A stretch of DNA of 64,000 bases from Hyaloraphidium curvatum SAG 235-1 (Eukaryota > Fungi > Monoblepharomycota). Shown one piece after another: positions 1 through 10,511 of this stretch; the stretch's first letter is position 1, and every line of letters begins with the position of its first letter. A program made the position numbers and the translations under genes. Location: assembly GCA_025558095.1 (NCBI GenBank), contig JAIVFI010000005.1:62001-126000 (forward strand). Reading direction: 5' to 3'. The notes under the pieces are model-generated. The model ran no database searches. It saw only the letters and a program-made list of their open reading frames with translations, and was not told the DNA's origin.

Positions 1-803
1 ATACGGGCCTCAGCTCCGCAAGGCTCGATCATCGGGTCTCCGCAGATCGGATACAGCTCCGCCGTGAGCATGGCAACGGAAATGTCAGCGTCCTCGAAGT
101 TCGTAGCTGCACTGCCGCTACCGGCTCGGATGCCGATGCCTCCTGCGTAGACGAACTCCTTGGCAATCTTGGAGCAGGCGAAGCATTTGAAGGATCCGGC
201 GCGGAAGAAGCGATCGACGGCGACGAACATGTCCGGATCGGCCAACTGCGTGAGGATCTCCAAGTGCACGGGCGGCTGCAGCGCCATGGCGCTGACCATG
301 ACCGGGACGTAGGAGATTTCGTTTGAAGGTATCACGGTGATTTGGAGGGGCATCTCCTGCTTCTCCATGGCCTTGCCGGTCGCTTCCGGCCCGAGTTTCA
401 AGCTCATGTTGGCAGCAATCTTCGTCTGCTTCACTGCCGTCTCCAGGCACTCTTCTCTTTCCTGGCAGTAAGGATGCGAGACAACTTGGAGAAAGAACTG
501 GTCGGTCTTCCCGCGGCCGGTCGGATCGCCGAGTCCCATAGCGATGATGTCCGCCGAAAAGGCGGTAGGCCTGCGGCAGCCCGCGCGGCAGCACAACGCC
601 TTCCCCGTATTGGCGACTGATTTCTTCCAAGCCTCCACTTCGGGCAGGTAGTCGAAGAGCCTCCCCTTCCCCGTCGACCCGGCTTCGTGGGCGGCTGCGG
701 CGGCAGCCCTGGGCACCCGGAAGAGGCGCTCCGCGACCGTGGGAGCCCCGGAGCCATCGGGAGAGTTGCCGGCGACGATGACGCGGGCCAGGAGGTCCTC
801 CAT
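1..803 (-). CDS. Uncharacterised Cys-motif (putative Zn-binding) protein, 3' end runs off window
   Basis: Frame absent from the ORF track because it runs off the edge. ATG at 803: MEDLLARVIVAG...CCRAGC...HPYCQEREEC...CFAC...YPICGDPMIEPC. Open to position 1, with two similar Cys-motif units. Confidence 0.6.
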   Translation of the reverse strand, partial: MEDLLARVIVAGNSPDGSGAPTVAERLFRVPRAAAAAAHEAGSTGKGRLFDYLPEVEAWKKSVANTGKALCCRAGCRRPTAFSADIIAMGLGDPTGRGKTDQFFLQVVSHPYCQEREECLETAVKQTKIAANMSLKLGPEATGKAMEKQEMPLQITVIPSNEISYVPVMVSAMALQPPVHLEILTQLADPDMFVAVDRFFRAGSFKCFACSKIAKEFVYAGGIGIRAGSGSAATNFEDADISVAMLTAELYPICGDPMIEPCGAEAR

Positions 804-1112
804 TGGGCAAGTTGGACCGCCACGTCGTCGCACGAAAGCCTTTTGGATATGGCGCGCGGCCGGCTGCGTCGATCCGCGGGAGTTGAGCCGCACCTTATGA
901 AACAGGCTCACATCGCGCTCGAATCGCTCCGAATCGCGACTGCTGCCAGCGGCTCTCGTCTCTCCACTTCGTTCTCTTCAGCTCGCGGGCCCTTCCGTCC
1001 GCTCCCCCGCGTTCCGCGTCGCCCCGCGGCCCCGGCCACCTCGCGCTTTTTCGGATCTTCCCGGCACCTCCTATCCAACGACCAGCCCTCCGACAAACCC
1101 TCGAGCGACGAA

Positions 1113-2231
1113 ATGGCCTCCAACCAGTGGATCCCGCCGCCCAAGATCGAGGACCTCTACGCCGCGACCGCCGGTGGGCCTGCCGCCCGCAACGTCTCCC
1201 ACGCCAATTACTCACCCGTTTATTGCCCTCCAACCTGGCCGTTTCCCTTCTGGTCACTGCCATTGCCAACGGCTTTCGTCGCCCCGCCCGATTCCCTCGC
1301 AGGCAACAACTTCAGCGCCATAAACGCGCCCACAGCCGGCTCCCGCGTCGAGCAGGAGCTCCCCCGCGGCGCCGCGCCGTTCCAGCTGTACTCGCTGAGC
1401 ACGCCCAACGGGCAAAAGGTCGGGATCATGCTGGAGGAGCTGGGGATCGACTACGACGCCCACGGTGGGATCTCTGCGCCGATGTGTCGCGGTTCGGGCT
1501 GACGATGGCCGGCAGTGATCAACATCGGCAAGGGCGACCAGTTCCAGTCGGGCTTCGTCTCCCTGAACCCGAACTCGAAGATCCCGACTGCTGTCGACTA
1601 CGCGCCCAAATCCGGCGGCGACCCAATCCGCCTGTTCGAGAGCGGCTCCATCGTGATGTACCTCGCCGAGAAGTACGGGAAGTTCCTGCCCAAGGACGAG
1701 CACTTGAGGGCGGAAATTTTCAACTTTGTCTTCTGGCAGATGGGCAGCCAGGGCCCGATGTCTGGTGGGCCGACTCCCCGTTTCATCTTGCCCCCATTGC
1801 TGACGACCCTTCCCATTCCAGGCCAGTTCGGCCACTTCTTCGTCTACGCCCCTCCGGAGAAGCACGAAACCCGTGCCTACGGCTCGGCGCGCTACGGCAT
1901 GGAGGTCCAGCGGCTGTGCGATATGCTCGACAAGCACCTCTCCGGCTCGCTCCCCGGCTCCAAGGGCCCGCGGAAGTACCTCGTCGGCGAAGAGTACACG
2001 GTCGCGGACATCATGGTGTTGCCCTGGGCGCTGCAGATCAAGCTTGGGTACAAGCACGAAGCGGCCGGGTTCGGGGCGAGGGAGTTTTTGTCGTTCGATC
2101 GGTACGAGCACCTCAACGCGTGGATCGAGCGGATCAAGGAGAGGCCGGCGGTGAAGCGCGGGCTGAGGGTGTGCAACTACTCCGGGGTGCCGAAACCGTG
2201 GCTGAACGAGGAGGGCAAGGGGAAGATCTGA
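1113..2231 (+). CDS. Glutathione S-transferase, YghU/YfcG (Nu/Ure2-like) GSH-dependent disulfide oxidoreductase; 3 introns
   Basis: Spliced product MASNQWIPPPKIEDL...NAPTAGSR...QLYSLSTPNGQKVGIMLEELG...INIGKGDQF...NPNSKIP...LFESGSI. TPNG motif and N-terminal extension typical of YghU. Confidence 0.9.
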
Positions 2232-2350
2232 GGGACGAGGATGTTTGCATCTTGGAATTGATCTTGTTCTTGCTGGACGCGGACAGTACTCCCCCGTCTT
2301 GACCAAGTTCGCTTCCTGTTCCGTAATACCTTACGCACGACACTACGACA

Positions 2351-3989
2351 CTACGCATCGCCAAGATCGTCTCCACCTGCGCCCGCCCCGCCCTCCCCGC
2401 CTCCTAGATCGTCGTCCCCAGCGCCCGCACCACCTGCGCCGCCCGACCCGCCCGAATCTCCGCCTCCCGCATCGTCGTCTCCATCGCCACCGGCTCCTCC
2501 GGCCCCTCCATCGCCTCCGTCGCCACCTGCCCCTCCCGCTCCTCCGTCTCCTCCCGCTCCTCCGGCACCGGAATCGTCCCCTCCAGCCCCACCGGCCCCA
2601 CCGGCACCTGCATCGTCCCCACCCCCCGCGCCCGTCCCGTCGTCATCGTCTCCGGCCCCGCCGGTGCCGCCAGCATCGCCGTTGCCGCCTCCGGCGCTCG
2701 AATCGTCGTCCGCCGGCGCCGTCTCGGTGCCCGTCCCAGTTTCACCAGCCCCTCCACCGGCCGAATCATCGTCCCCACCGTCGTCATCCCCTCCAGTCGA
2801 AGCGGGGGGAGCGTTGCCGCCCGCCGGCGGAGGAGGAGGCGGCCCCGGCGACGGAGGCGGAGGAGGAGGAGCGGGGGCACCGCCCGCGCCGACGGCGGCC
2901 AGCTTCACGGCCTTGAAGCTGTTTGCCGTGCGCGTCGGCTCGGCGGCGGGCGGGGACATGGTGGTCTGCTGCGCACCGGCGGCCGCGGCCGTGGTTTCCG
3001 CCGGGGGGGGAGCAGGTGCCGGTGGAGGAGGTGGGGGTGGTGCCGGTGCGGGCGCAGGAGGTGGCGGCGGAGGTGCCGTGGGGTGCCCGCTCTTCTCGCA
3101 CACATATGCGGGGTGGCATTTGAAGAGCTTGTCGTTGGAGAGCTCGTTGTGGCAGCAGGCCTGCTGGCAGGTTTTGTCGTTGTTGCAGGGTTCCCAGAGC
3201 GTCGGGTCCTCGGGCTGCTGCGCCGCCGCGGCGGCGGTCGCTGTAGGTGCCGGCGGCGGGGGTACCGGGGCTGCCGTGGTTGCCGGAGCCGGCGGCGGCG
3301 TCGGTGCGGGCGGAGGGGGCGGCGGAGGCGGAGGCGGTGGTGGAGGAGGTGCGGGAGGTGCCGTCGGGTGCCCGTTGGCCACGCAAGCCCCAGCTGGGTG
3401 GCACTTGTAGAGCTTGTCGTTGGAAAACACGTTGTGGCAGCACCCTTGCTTGCACGCGGCGTCGTTGTTGCACGGCACCCAGATCGTCGGGTCGTCCCTG
3501 TCTGCCGCCTTCTGCTTGCACACCTCAACATCCTTTGGGTGGCACTTATTGAATTTGTCGTCCGACAGCACGTTGGAGCAGCACAGCGACTCGCACGAGC
3601 TGTCCTCGTGGCAGTAGTCCCACACGCCCAGGTTGCGGGCGCTACAGATGGTCGCCTCGCCGCATATCTTTAGCTTCGGGTCGGGAGCACGCACGCCCGA
3701 GCAGCAGCCCGTCGAGCAGGCCGCCGAGTCGGTGCAGGGCGCGCCGATGCCCAGCTGGTCCCGCTCAACGAGCCGTGGCGCGATCCTCTGGTCCCCCTCG
3801 GCGAGCCGCGGCGCGATCCTGAGAATAACGGAAGTGAGCGATGTTCTAGAAGTGCGAACCCGATCTAGCTCACGGCGTAAGCGCCGGGGCGGCGTCGGCG
3901 GCCCCCGCGAGGATGATTGCCGCGAGGGCGAGTGCGGCGGCGGCCAGGCCGGCTGCCCCGCGGCGGCGCCCGGCTCCTGCCACCGCCAT
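2351..3989 (-). CDS. Secreted Cys-repeat / Pro-rich / Gly-Asp-rich surface protein
   Basis: Signal peptide MAVAGAGRRRGAAGLAAAALALAAIILAGAADA, then an intron (gtgag...ctcag, ~3820-3873). Four 6-Cys repeats, poly-Pro linkers and a G/D-rich C-terminus. Confidence 0.8.
3085..3495 (-). repeat. Intragenic duplicate Cys-module (two ~120-bp copies separated by Pro-coding GC-rich repeats)
   Basis: DDPTIWVPCNNDAACKQGCCHNVFSNDKLYKCHP...GHPTAPP versus EDPTLWEPCNNDKTCQQACCHNELSNDKLFKCHP...GHPTAPP. Confidence 0.85.
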
Positions 3990-4607
3990 CGTTTGCTCGA
4001 TGACGAGGAGTGCTACGGCGGCGCAAAGACCGCTGCCCCAGCGATTGGCGAAGAGAGGGAGTGGGCGGTCTGGACCCGTTGAATGCGCGCCGACCACAGG
4101 CGGCGGGGACCACCCAGAGAACCGTACGTGCGCCCCCATCGGGTACAGATATAGATCCTTAGAATTCGTGGATCAATCTGAGCCGGGATGGATTTTAGTC
4201 ACATGAACCACCCGGCTCCCTTCTCGGGCGTGCCCCCGCCTATACAAGTCCCGGGTCAGAACCGCGCCGCCCTCCGCACTCCAGGAGGAAGCGCAGCTCA
4301 TGCAGCTCTAATGTGAGCTGGTCCAGTTGTCGAAGTGAGGCTGGCGACGCTGGCTCCGGTGTCAGTATCTTGGCTTGGCTCGGGGGGCACTCTACCGTCT
4401 CAAGGTTCTCAATGCCGCCCACCTCTCGCGAACCCCATCACATTCCACCATCGATCCTAGCTCGATGCTCGTTGATGCGCTTGCTGTCCGTCTAATCTGC
4501 ATCCATTACCCCCTGTCCTGCGGTACGATGTGTCTCCTGGCTCCTTCAAACACCCGCATCCGTCCCGCGCGGCCCGACCTCCATCCCGCACCCCGCATCC
4601 CGCCGCC

Positions 4608-5686
4608 ATGTCCGCCCCCGCCGCGCCCGCTCCCGCGACGGAGCACAAACAGCAGCGGTTCAAATCGCCCCCCGGCTCGACGGACATCATCCTCGTGCGG
4701 TGCGGACACCGCGCGACGCTCCCGGGCTCCGAATGACGCGCGCCGCGCAGCCACGGCGCGTCGGCCGCCTTCGTCCCCGGCAAGCCGTTCCCCCTCGTCA
4801 ACGGGCAGGGCGACCCGCCGCTCGCGGACCCCGAGGGCCTGGAGCACGCGTGGCTGGTCGGGGAGCGGCTCAAGACGGAGCCCATCAGGGCGATCTACGC
4901 GACCAACCTGACGCGGACGAGGCAGACCATGGAGCCGCTGGCGAAGCTGCTGGGGCTGGAGATCGTGGAGGAGGCGGATTTGTGGGTTCGCGGGTGCGGG
5001 TGGGGTGGGGAGCGCTGCTGACGTGAAGGACTGTGCCGAAGGCGCGAGGTGCACCTCGGAGATTGGTAGGCGCGACCGATGGCGGCACATTGGCGGTCAT
5101 GACGAGTTCTGACGCGTCGGACGCGTCATACAGGGAGGGAGGCCTGTTCCGGGCCAAGGCCGCCGCGCGGGATCCGGCCTTCGTCAAGGCGATCGAGGAG
5201 GGCGAGTGGTGGGCGCCAAGCGGCGATCTGGCACACTGCCTCGGTCCTCAGACTCCGTTCTCACGTTCCAGGGGCCACATCCCCGGCGCCGAGACCAGCG
5301 CGCAGGTCAGCGACCCCCCTTTCCCACGTGTCCCGCGTCTGATGTTACCCGCAGCTCCTCGAGCGGTGCCGCCGCGGCATCCTCCGCATCCACGAGAAGC
5401 ACAAGGGCGAGATGGTTGCCGTGTGCGTGCACGGAGGGGTGATTGGCGTGCTGCTCGCGCACGCGGTGGGCGCGCGGAACGCGTGGACGTTCACGGGGGC
5501 GGATAACGGGAGGTGCGCCGTCTGCTTCCAAAGTGCGGCATTTCGAAAAGGCTAACGGTCTGCAATTGCGGCGGCAGCTGCCACCACCTCGTGGTCAAGA
5601 GCGAGAACGAGTGGATCCTGCGGTGCTACAACGACACCACGCATCTCGGCGGCGGCTTCACGGGCGCGGCGCAGGCGCTCACTTAG
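4608..5686 (+). CDS. Histidine phosphatase / phosphoglycerate mutase family protein; ~6 introns
   Basis: IILVR|HG catalytic motif split by an intron; also LTRTRQT, L|REVHLGDW|EG, PGAET, VHGGVI and NDTTHL. Confidence 0.85.
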
Positions 5687-5981
5687 AGTGGGCGTTGGTG
5701 GCCGGCGGCGCGGCCGGGGTTTTGGAGGCGGTGGCGAAGACACAGGCGGCGACGCGACGGGGAGGTTGCCAGCGGCCGGATCAAACAAGATAGAGTAGAT
5801 GATCCAAATCCACCCAACGCTTCGATCGCTTGGTCTTCGGCTTGGCTAGCGTGAACGGCGGATATTCCGTTGCCAGGCTTGGCCTGTCGTTGCGGCCGGT
5901 CGCCCGCGATCCCTGTCCTGTCATACCAGCTCACCCTTTTCCCGCCCCTTATTCCGCCCTTTCCCGGCTCTCCTACCCGCC

Positions 5982-7409
5982 ATGCCCGGCACGCCGCCTC
6001 TGAGCCCCAATCCGCGCGTCGTGATCCTCGGCGGCGGCGTCATCGGCGCGTGCTCCGCGCTCCAGCTGTCCCTCCGCGGCGCGCGCGTCACCGTCGTCGA
6101 GCGCGCCGGCGTCGCCTGCGCCGCGTCGGGCAAGGCCGGCGGGTTCTTGGCGAAGGACTGGCAGGCAGGCGGTGCCACGGGAGGTCTCGCGGAGAGGTCG
6201 TTCGCGATGCACGAGGAGCTGGCGAGGGAGGCGGGCCCGGCGTACGGGTTCCGCAGGGTCGACACGTATTCCGTGTCCGCAGGAAGGGAGAAGGGGTTCC
6301 GCAAGGCCGGTGGGGGCGTGGATTGGGTTGATGCGGGGAGGCTGCCGAGAGCTCGATTGATGGGTGCGGCCCTGCCTTGGCGGTTGGGTGGATGGCCGCT
6401 TATCCGATCGCGGCGAGCCTACAGGAACGCAGAAGACGACGGCGCAGGTGCATCCGTACCTCTTCACGCACACGGTCATGGCGCGCGCGTGTGCGGCGGG
6501 TGCCGAGGTCCTCCTCGGCACGGTGGCGGGCCTGCGTTTCGACGCCGACAAGGCAGTGAAGGGCGTCGAGGTCGCGCCCTTTGCCGGCCTGGATTCCGCG
6601 GTGCGCGACTGTGAGGCGTTCGGGTACCGGCCGACCGTCGTCGAGGGCGAGGTTCTGCTCGAGGCCGATTTCGTGGTGATTGCGCTGGGACCGTGGAGCC
6701 ACCGCGTGCAGGATTGGCTCCCGGAAGGCGCGAAAATGCCACGCGTCGAGGGGTGGGTGCTTTGAATGATGCAGGCGATCGCATGCTGAACGTGACCGGC
6801 CCCTACCCGTGCCCGTCTGCGCCAATCTGTTGGGTTGCCAGCCTCAAGGCGCATTCCATAGTGCTAAAGACTAGCGAAGTGCTCCCTCCGCAATGCTGTG
6901 GGTGTCGTCCGAGCCTTTGCGCCGGAGGCTGCGTTGTCTTGACCTTGCGCCGGACGTTCCTCCCACGCCAACCTCGCCCAGTATTCGTCGACCTGGACGA
7001 CGAACATCCCGAGTTCTACCCCCGCCCCGACGGCACCCTGTACATCTGCGGCCAATCCGCGCCGACCCTCCTCCCCACCGACCCCTGCGACATCGCCCCC
7101 GAACCCTCCGCCGCCTCGCACCTCGAAGAACTCGCCTCGCACCTCCTCTCCCCTTCCCTCGCAGGCAAATCGTCCGTCGAAACCCGGCAGGCGTGCTACC
7201 TCCCCGTCAACCGCGACGGCGACGGCGAGCCGGCGCTGGGCTTCCTCCGCGGGTGCGAAGGGGTGGTGGCGGCGTGCGGGCACTCGGTGTGGGGGATCAA
7301 CAACGGGCCCGCGACGGGGCTGGTGGTCGCGGAGCTGGTGATGGATGGGGCGGTGGGGTGCGCGGATGTCAAGGCTATGATGGACCGGAAGGGGAGGGTG
7401 AGGTGCTGA
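5982..7409 (+). CDS. FAD-dependent oxidoreductase (DAO family, TDA3/YHR009C-like)
   Basis: VVILGGGVIG dinucleotide fold, ASGKAGGFLA, TTAQVHPYLFT, YPRPDG, QACYLP, GHSVWGINNGPATG; several introns. Confidence 0.9.
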
Positions 7410-7602
7410 CGAGGCTTGGGACCGCGTCGCGCGTGCGGCAGGGGAGGTGCGCGAACCTTGGATACGAAGAAATTCAATCCGTTTCTTGATGTAGGAACGT
7501 GCAAGATCCTTGGTTCGCCTTGATGGGCGGAGCAGCTTCTGCTGGGGGTCGCGTCTCAACACCGCCGCCGATCCCAGACTTCCGCGATTCCTCGCGGTTG
7601 CC

Positions 7603-8354
7603 ATGTCCTCCTCCCTCACGTGGCTCCTCCCCTCCGCCTCTGCGGGCCTCCTGGGCGCCGGTGCTGCGATCTTCACCAAGACGGGCCTGGTCCGGGACCC
7701 CGCACGCGTGCGCGACGCGTGGGAGCGGACGGCGCGCGCGTTGGGGTTGGGGGACGCGCTGGCGCGCGTGGACGAGGTCGGTGGGCTTTCGGAGGTGGCG
7801 ATGCGTGAATGGGGCGCGTGCGGGTCGCGTTGGGAACCCGGAAGGGGTGCGGCGAGGAAGTCACGTTGGACTTCACCGCCGAGGGCAACGCTGCAGGCTC
7901 TCGGAAGGCCATTGGACCCCCGATTCCGGCCGGAAATGTGCTATTCAGACCACTTTAAACGCACAGTATCCACCCTCGCGGACCTTGACTCCTCCCTCAC
8001 GGCAGGAATCTCTCCTCCCCCTCCTGCGCGGCGCCTCCCTCGCCCTAGTGATCCTCTGCAACGTCCTCATGTGGCTCCAATTCACCCGCGCGCTCAACCG
8101 CGCGCCGTCGACGGTGCACGCGAGCTTGGTCAACTCGGGTGCCAACTTTGTCGGCACGGTGAGCCCGCGACGGCGAAGGCGGCGTTCGGCATTGGAGATG
8201 ACGCAACGTACCGGTGCCTTGGCAGGCGCTGTTTTCCAAGATGATATTCGACGACCCGCTGCCGCTGCTTTGGTGGATCGGATCGTCGCTGATCCTGGCC
8301 GGGATGGTGCTGATGAACCGAAGAGCGCAGGTGGCGGAGAAGAAGAAGGACTAG
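7603..8354 (+). CDS. TMEM42-like small multi-pass membrane protein (DMT/EamA-related)
   Basis: AGLLGAGAAIFTK...CNVLMWLQFTRAL...ASLVNSGANF...LPLLWWIGSSLILAG; 2 introns. Confidence 0.75.
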
Positions 8355-8538
8355 GCCGTGGCCGATCCATGTTGCCCGTTGGGGATGCGATACCCGGATT
8401 ATATCGAGATTTGTCGTCCACGGCAGTTTAGTTTTGGTCTGAGCTGCGATCTCTGTTGTGGAGGAGTGGAGGTTGGTGTCGCGATGGCACTGGCGTTCGG
8501 GCCACGTGTCGGTCCCATCACGAACCGGGTTCGCCAAC

Positions 8539-9015
8539 ATGGACCAGAGGGTCCGCGCCGTCGTTGAGGCTGTCCGCAGCTACTCTCTGCCTCACGGCGT
8601 CACCGACGACTGCGGGCTTCTCTTCGGACACGTGCTCAAATCCCTCTCGCCCGGCGCCGACCACGACGGTGCGGAGTACCGCGACCTCTACTTGTCGCTT
8701 TACGGGGACAGCGCTGCCACTCTCGAGCCGTACCTGCAGTGGGAATCGCTCGGGAACGTGCAGCTCTCGCCGACCGAGCTCATCTTCGCGGCCGAGCCCT
8801 TCGGCACCTCGTACGAGCAAATCAAGCCTTTCCTGCGTGCTGTGGCGCCGCTGGTCGACAACCGCAGGGCTTACGTCGTACAGCTTGCCTACCTGATCCT
8901 CCACGAACGCGTTGAGACCCGCGCCGAGGTGCCGTACGCCCTGGAGTACGCCACGCGGATGAGCGCGTCCTGGGCGGCATCGCCGGTGGTGGTCGAGAGC
9001 ATGTCCTCGCCTTGA
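8539..9015 (+). CDS. Hypothetical protein, 158 aa, intronless
   Basis: ATG 8539 (MDQRVRAVVEAV...). Globular-looking composition and GC-rich third codon positions; no family recognised. Confidence 0.55.
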   Translation: MDQRVRAVVEAVRSYSLPHGVTDDCGLLFGHVLKSLSPGADHDGAEYRDLYLSLYGDSAATLEPYLQWESLGNVQLSPTELIFAAEPFGTSYEQIKPFLRAVAPLVDNRRAYVVQLAYLILHERVETRAEVPYALEYATRMSASWAASPVVVESMSSP

Positions 9016-9095
9016 AACAGGACAGAAAGCTAAGTGATTTCAGCCTGCTTTCTCTAATTCCATTACGGCAACGAGGGATTTGCGGCTTATGTGTC

Positions 9096-10350
9096 TCAAC
9101 TTCTGGTCGGGCACACGGAATCCACGGCGATAAACACGGTACCCCTCAGCAGCGAAGAAAGGCCGATCCCCAGGGTGAATATTGTGATAAGCAAAGTCCT
9201 GAGCACCCCGAACGTGACCACAAAGCCGAGGAACCGGGCCCGGAAGCCCTCGACGCCCAGGAACGAGCCCAGAAGCGCATCGTGGCCATTCAGCTCGTGG
9301 CGCACATCCGCCGGACACCGCGGGGCGACGGCAAGCATCTCGCGGATCTCCGCCTGGGCCTCCCGGTACAGCCCTGCGATGGTGTCGATCTGCTGGTTGG
9401 AGAGCGAAAGGTGCACGAGGTCCGTGATGACGCCGCAGAGGATGTACAGGAACATGAAGACGGTCCACAACGGGACGCAGGAGCCCGCGGCAATATTGGC
9501 AATGAGGCTGACGCCCCCGGAGCTCACCGCAAAGGCGACGAGTGGAGGCGAGGCCACGAGAAATGGGATGCGGAAGGACCACGTGTCCGCGAGCCGGCGA
9601 TGCAGCCGGATGTAGAGGTCCGGGAGGAGCTTGGAGGCGGGTAGAGTGGGGCCGGTCTCCGAGGCCACGGCCAGGCGGCACTTGTCCAGGAGGCCACGGA
9701 GGGCCAGAATTGTCGCCCGCCGCCGAACCCGCAAGGAGAGCTGCAGCAGAGACACATTCATGGAGATGCGGCCCAAGATATTGAACAGCGCATAGTTGAG
9801 CGTGGTGAGTATGGCCAGAGCACCCAGAATCCCCCACGGCGTCCGCCAATAGTCCGGGATTACGAAGACCGGGCTTGCAATCGGGAAAAGGAGGGTGAGA
9901 AAGATCAAGAATAACCGGACTGTGCCCTCCAGAAGGTGCAGCCAGGGTGCAGTCCGGATGAGATGCTCCACGCAGCCGCAGCAAGAGCACAGTCCATCCG
10001 CGGGATCGTGTTGGACGAGCGGCGAACGTGCTGAGGTCGCGACCTCCACGTCTCGCCCGGGCTCGCCGGCTCCTGCATGCCCTGCAACGAGTGACCACCT
10101 CGCCAAGCCCGCCAGAGCATGTGTACCAAAGTCCGCGCTCGGCGCGGCAGTCTTGACTTCGCGCCGCGCAAAAGCGCGAAACGATCTCGCGCCGCAGATC
10201 GGCGAGGGGCAGCGGAGGCACCTTCGCCGCGGGGGCCGGCGAGAGCGCGCCCGGCGGCCGGCCCGACTCGGGGCAGATCGCAGCCCATTCGTTGGAGTTA
10301 AAGTCCTCGGGAGGCGGCGGCGAGGCGGTGTCCGTTGCGGGGTCTGGCAT
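9096..10350 (-). CDS. Multi-pass membrane protein, candidate gustatory-receptor-like (7TMIC) fold; frame break or intron near 10082-10157
   Basis: Several TM segments. C-terminus FRARFLGFVVTFGVLRTLLITIFTLGIGL; CSCCGC motif. N-terminal part (ATG 10350) is in a different frame from the 9096-10106 ORF. Confidence 0.6.
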
Positions 10351-10511
10351 GGGTACTTGCGGTGCCGGCGGGGCGTGCCGCGGTTCCTCCGCTGCCTGCG
10401 CCCCGTCGTCCCCCGCCCGTCCTTCCTCTACCCCCTTCCATGCACGCCAACGGAGGTTAGGAGCCAGCATTGCATCGAAGCATCTAGTAATCCCAGCATC
10501 ACGAGCCATCA

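Noticed and set aside
2400-3360. GC-rich short tandem repeats resembling an array
   Set aside because: They encode Gly/Pro low-complexity protein; there is no repeat-spacer structure and no cas gene.
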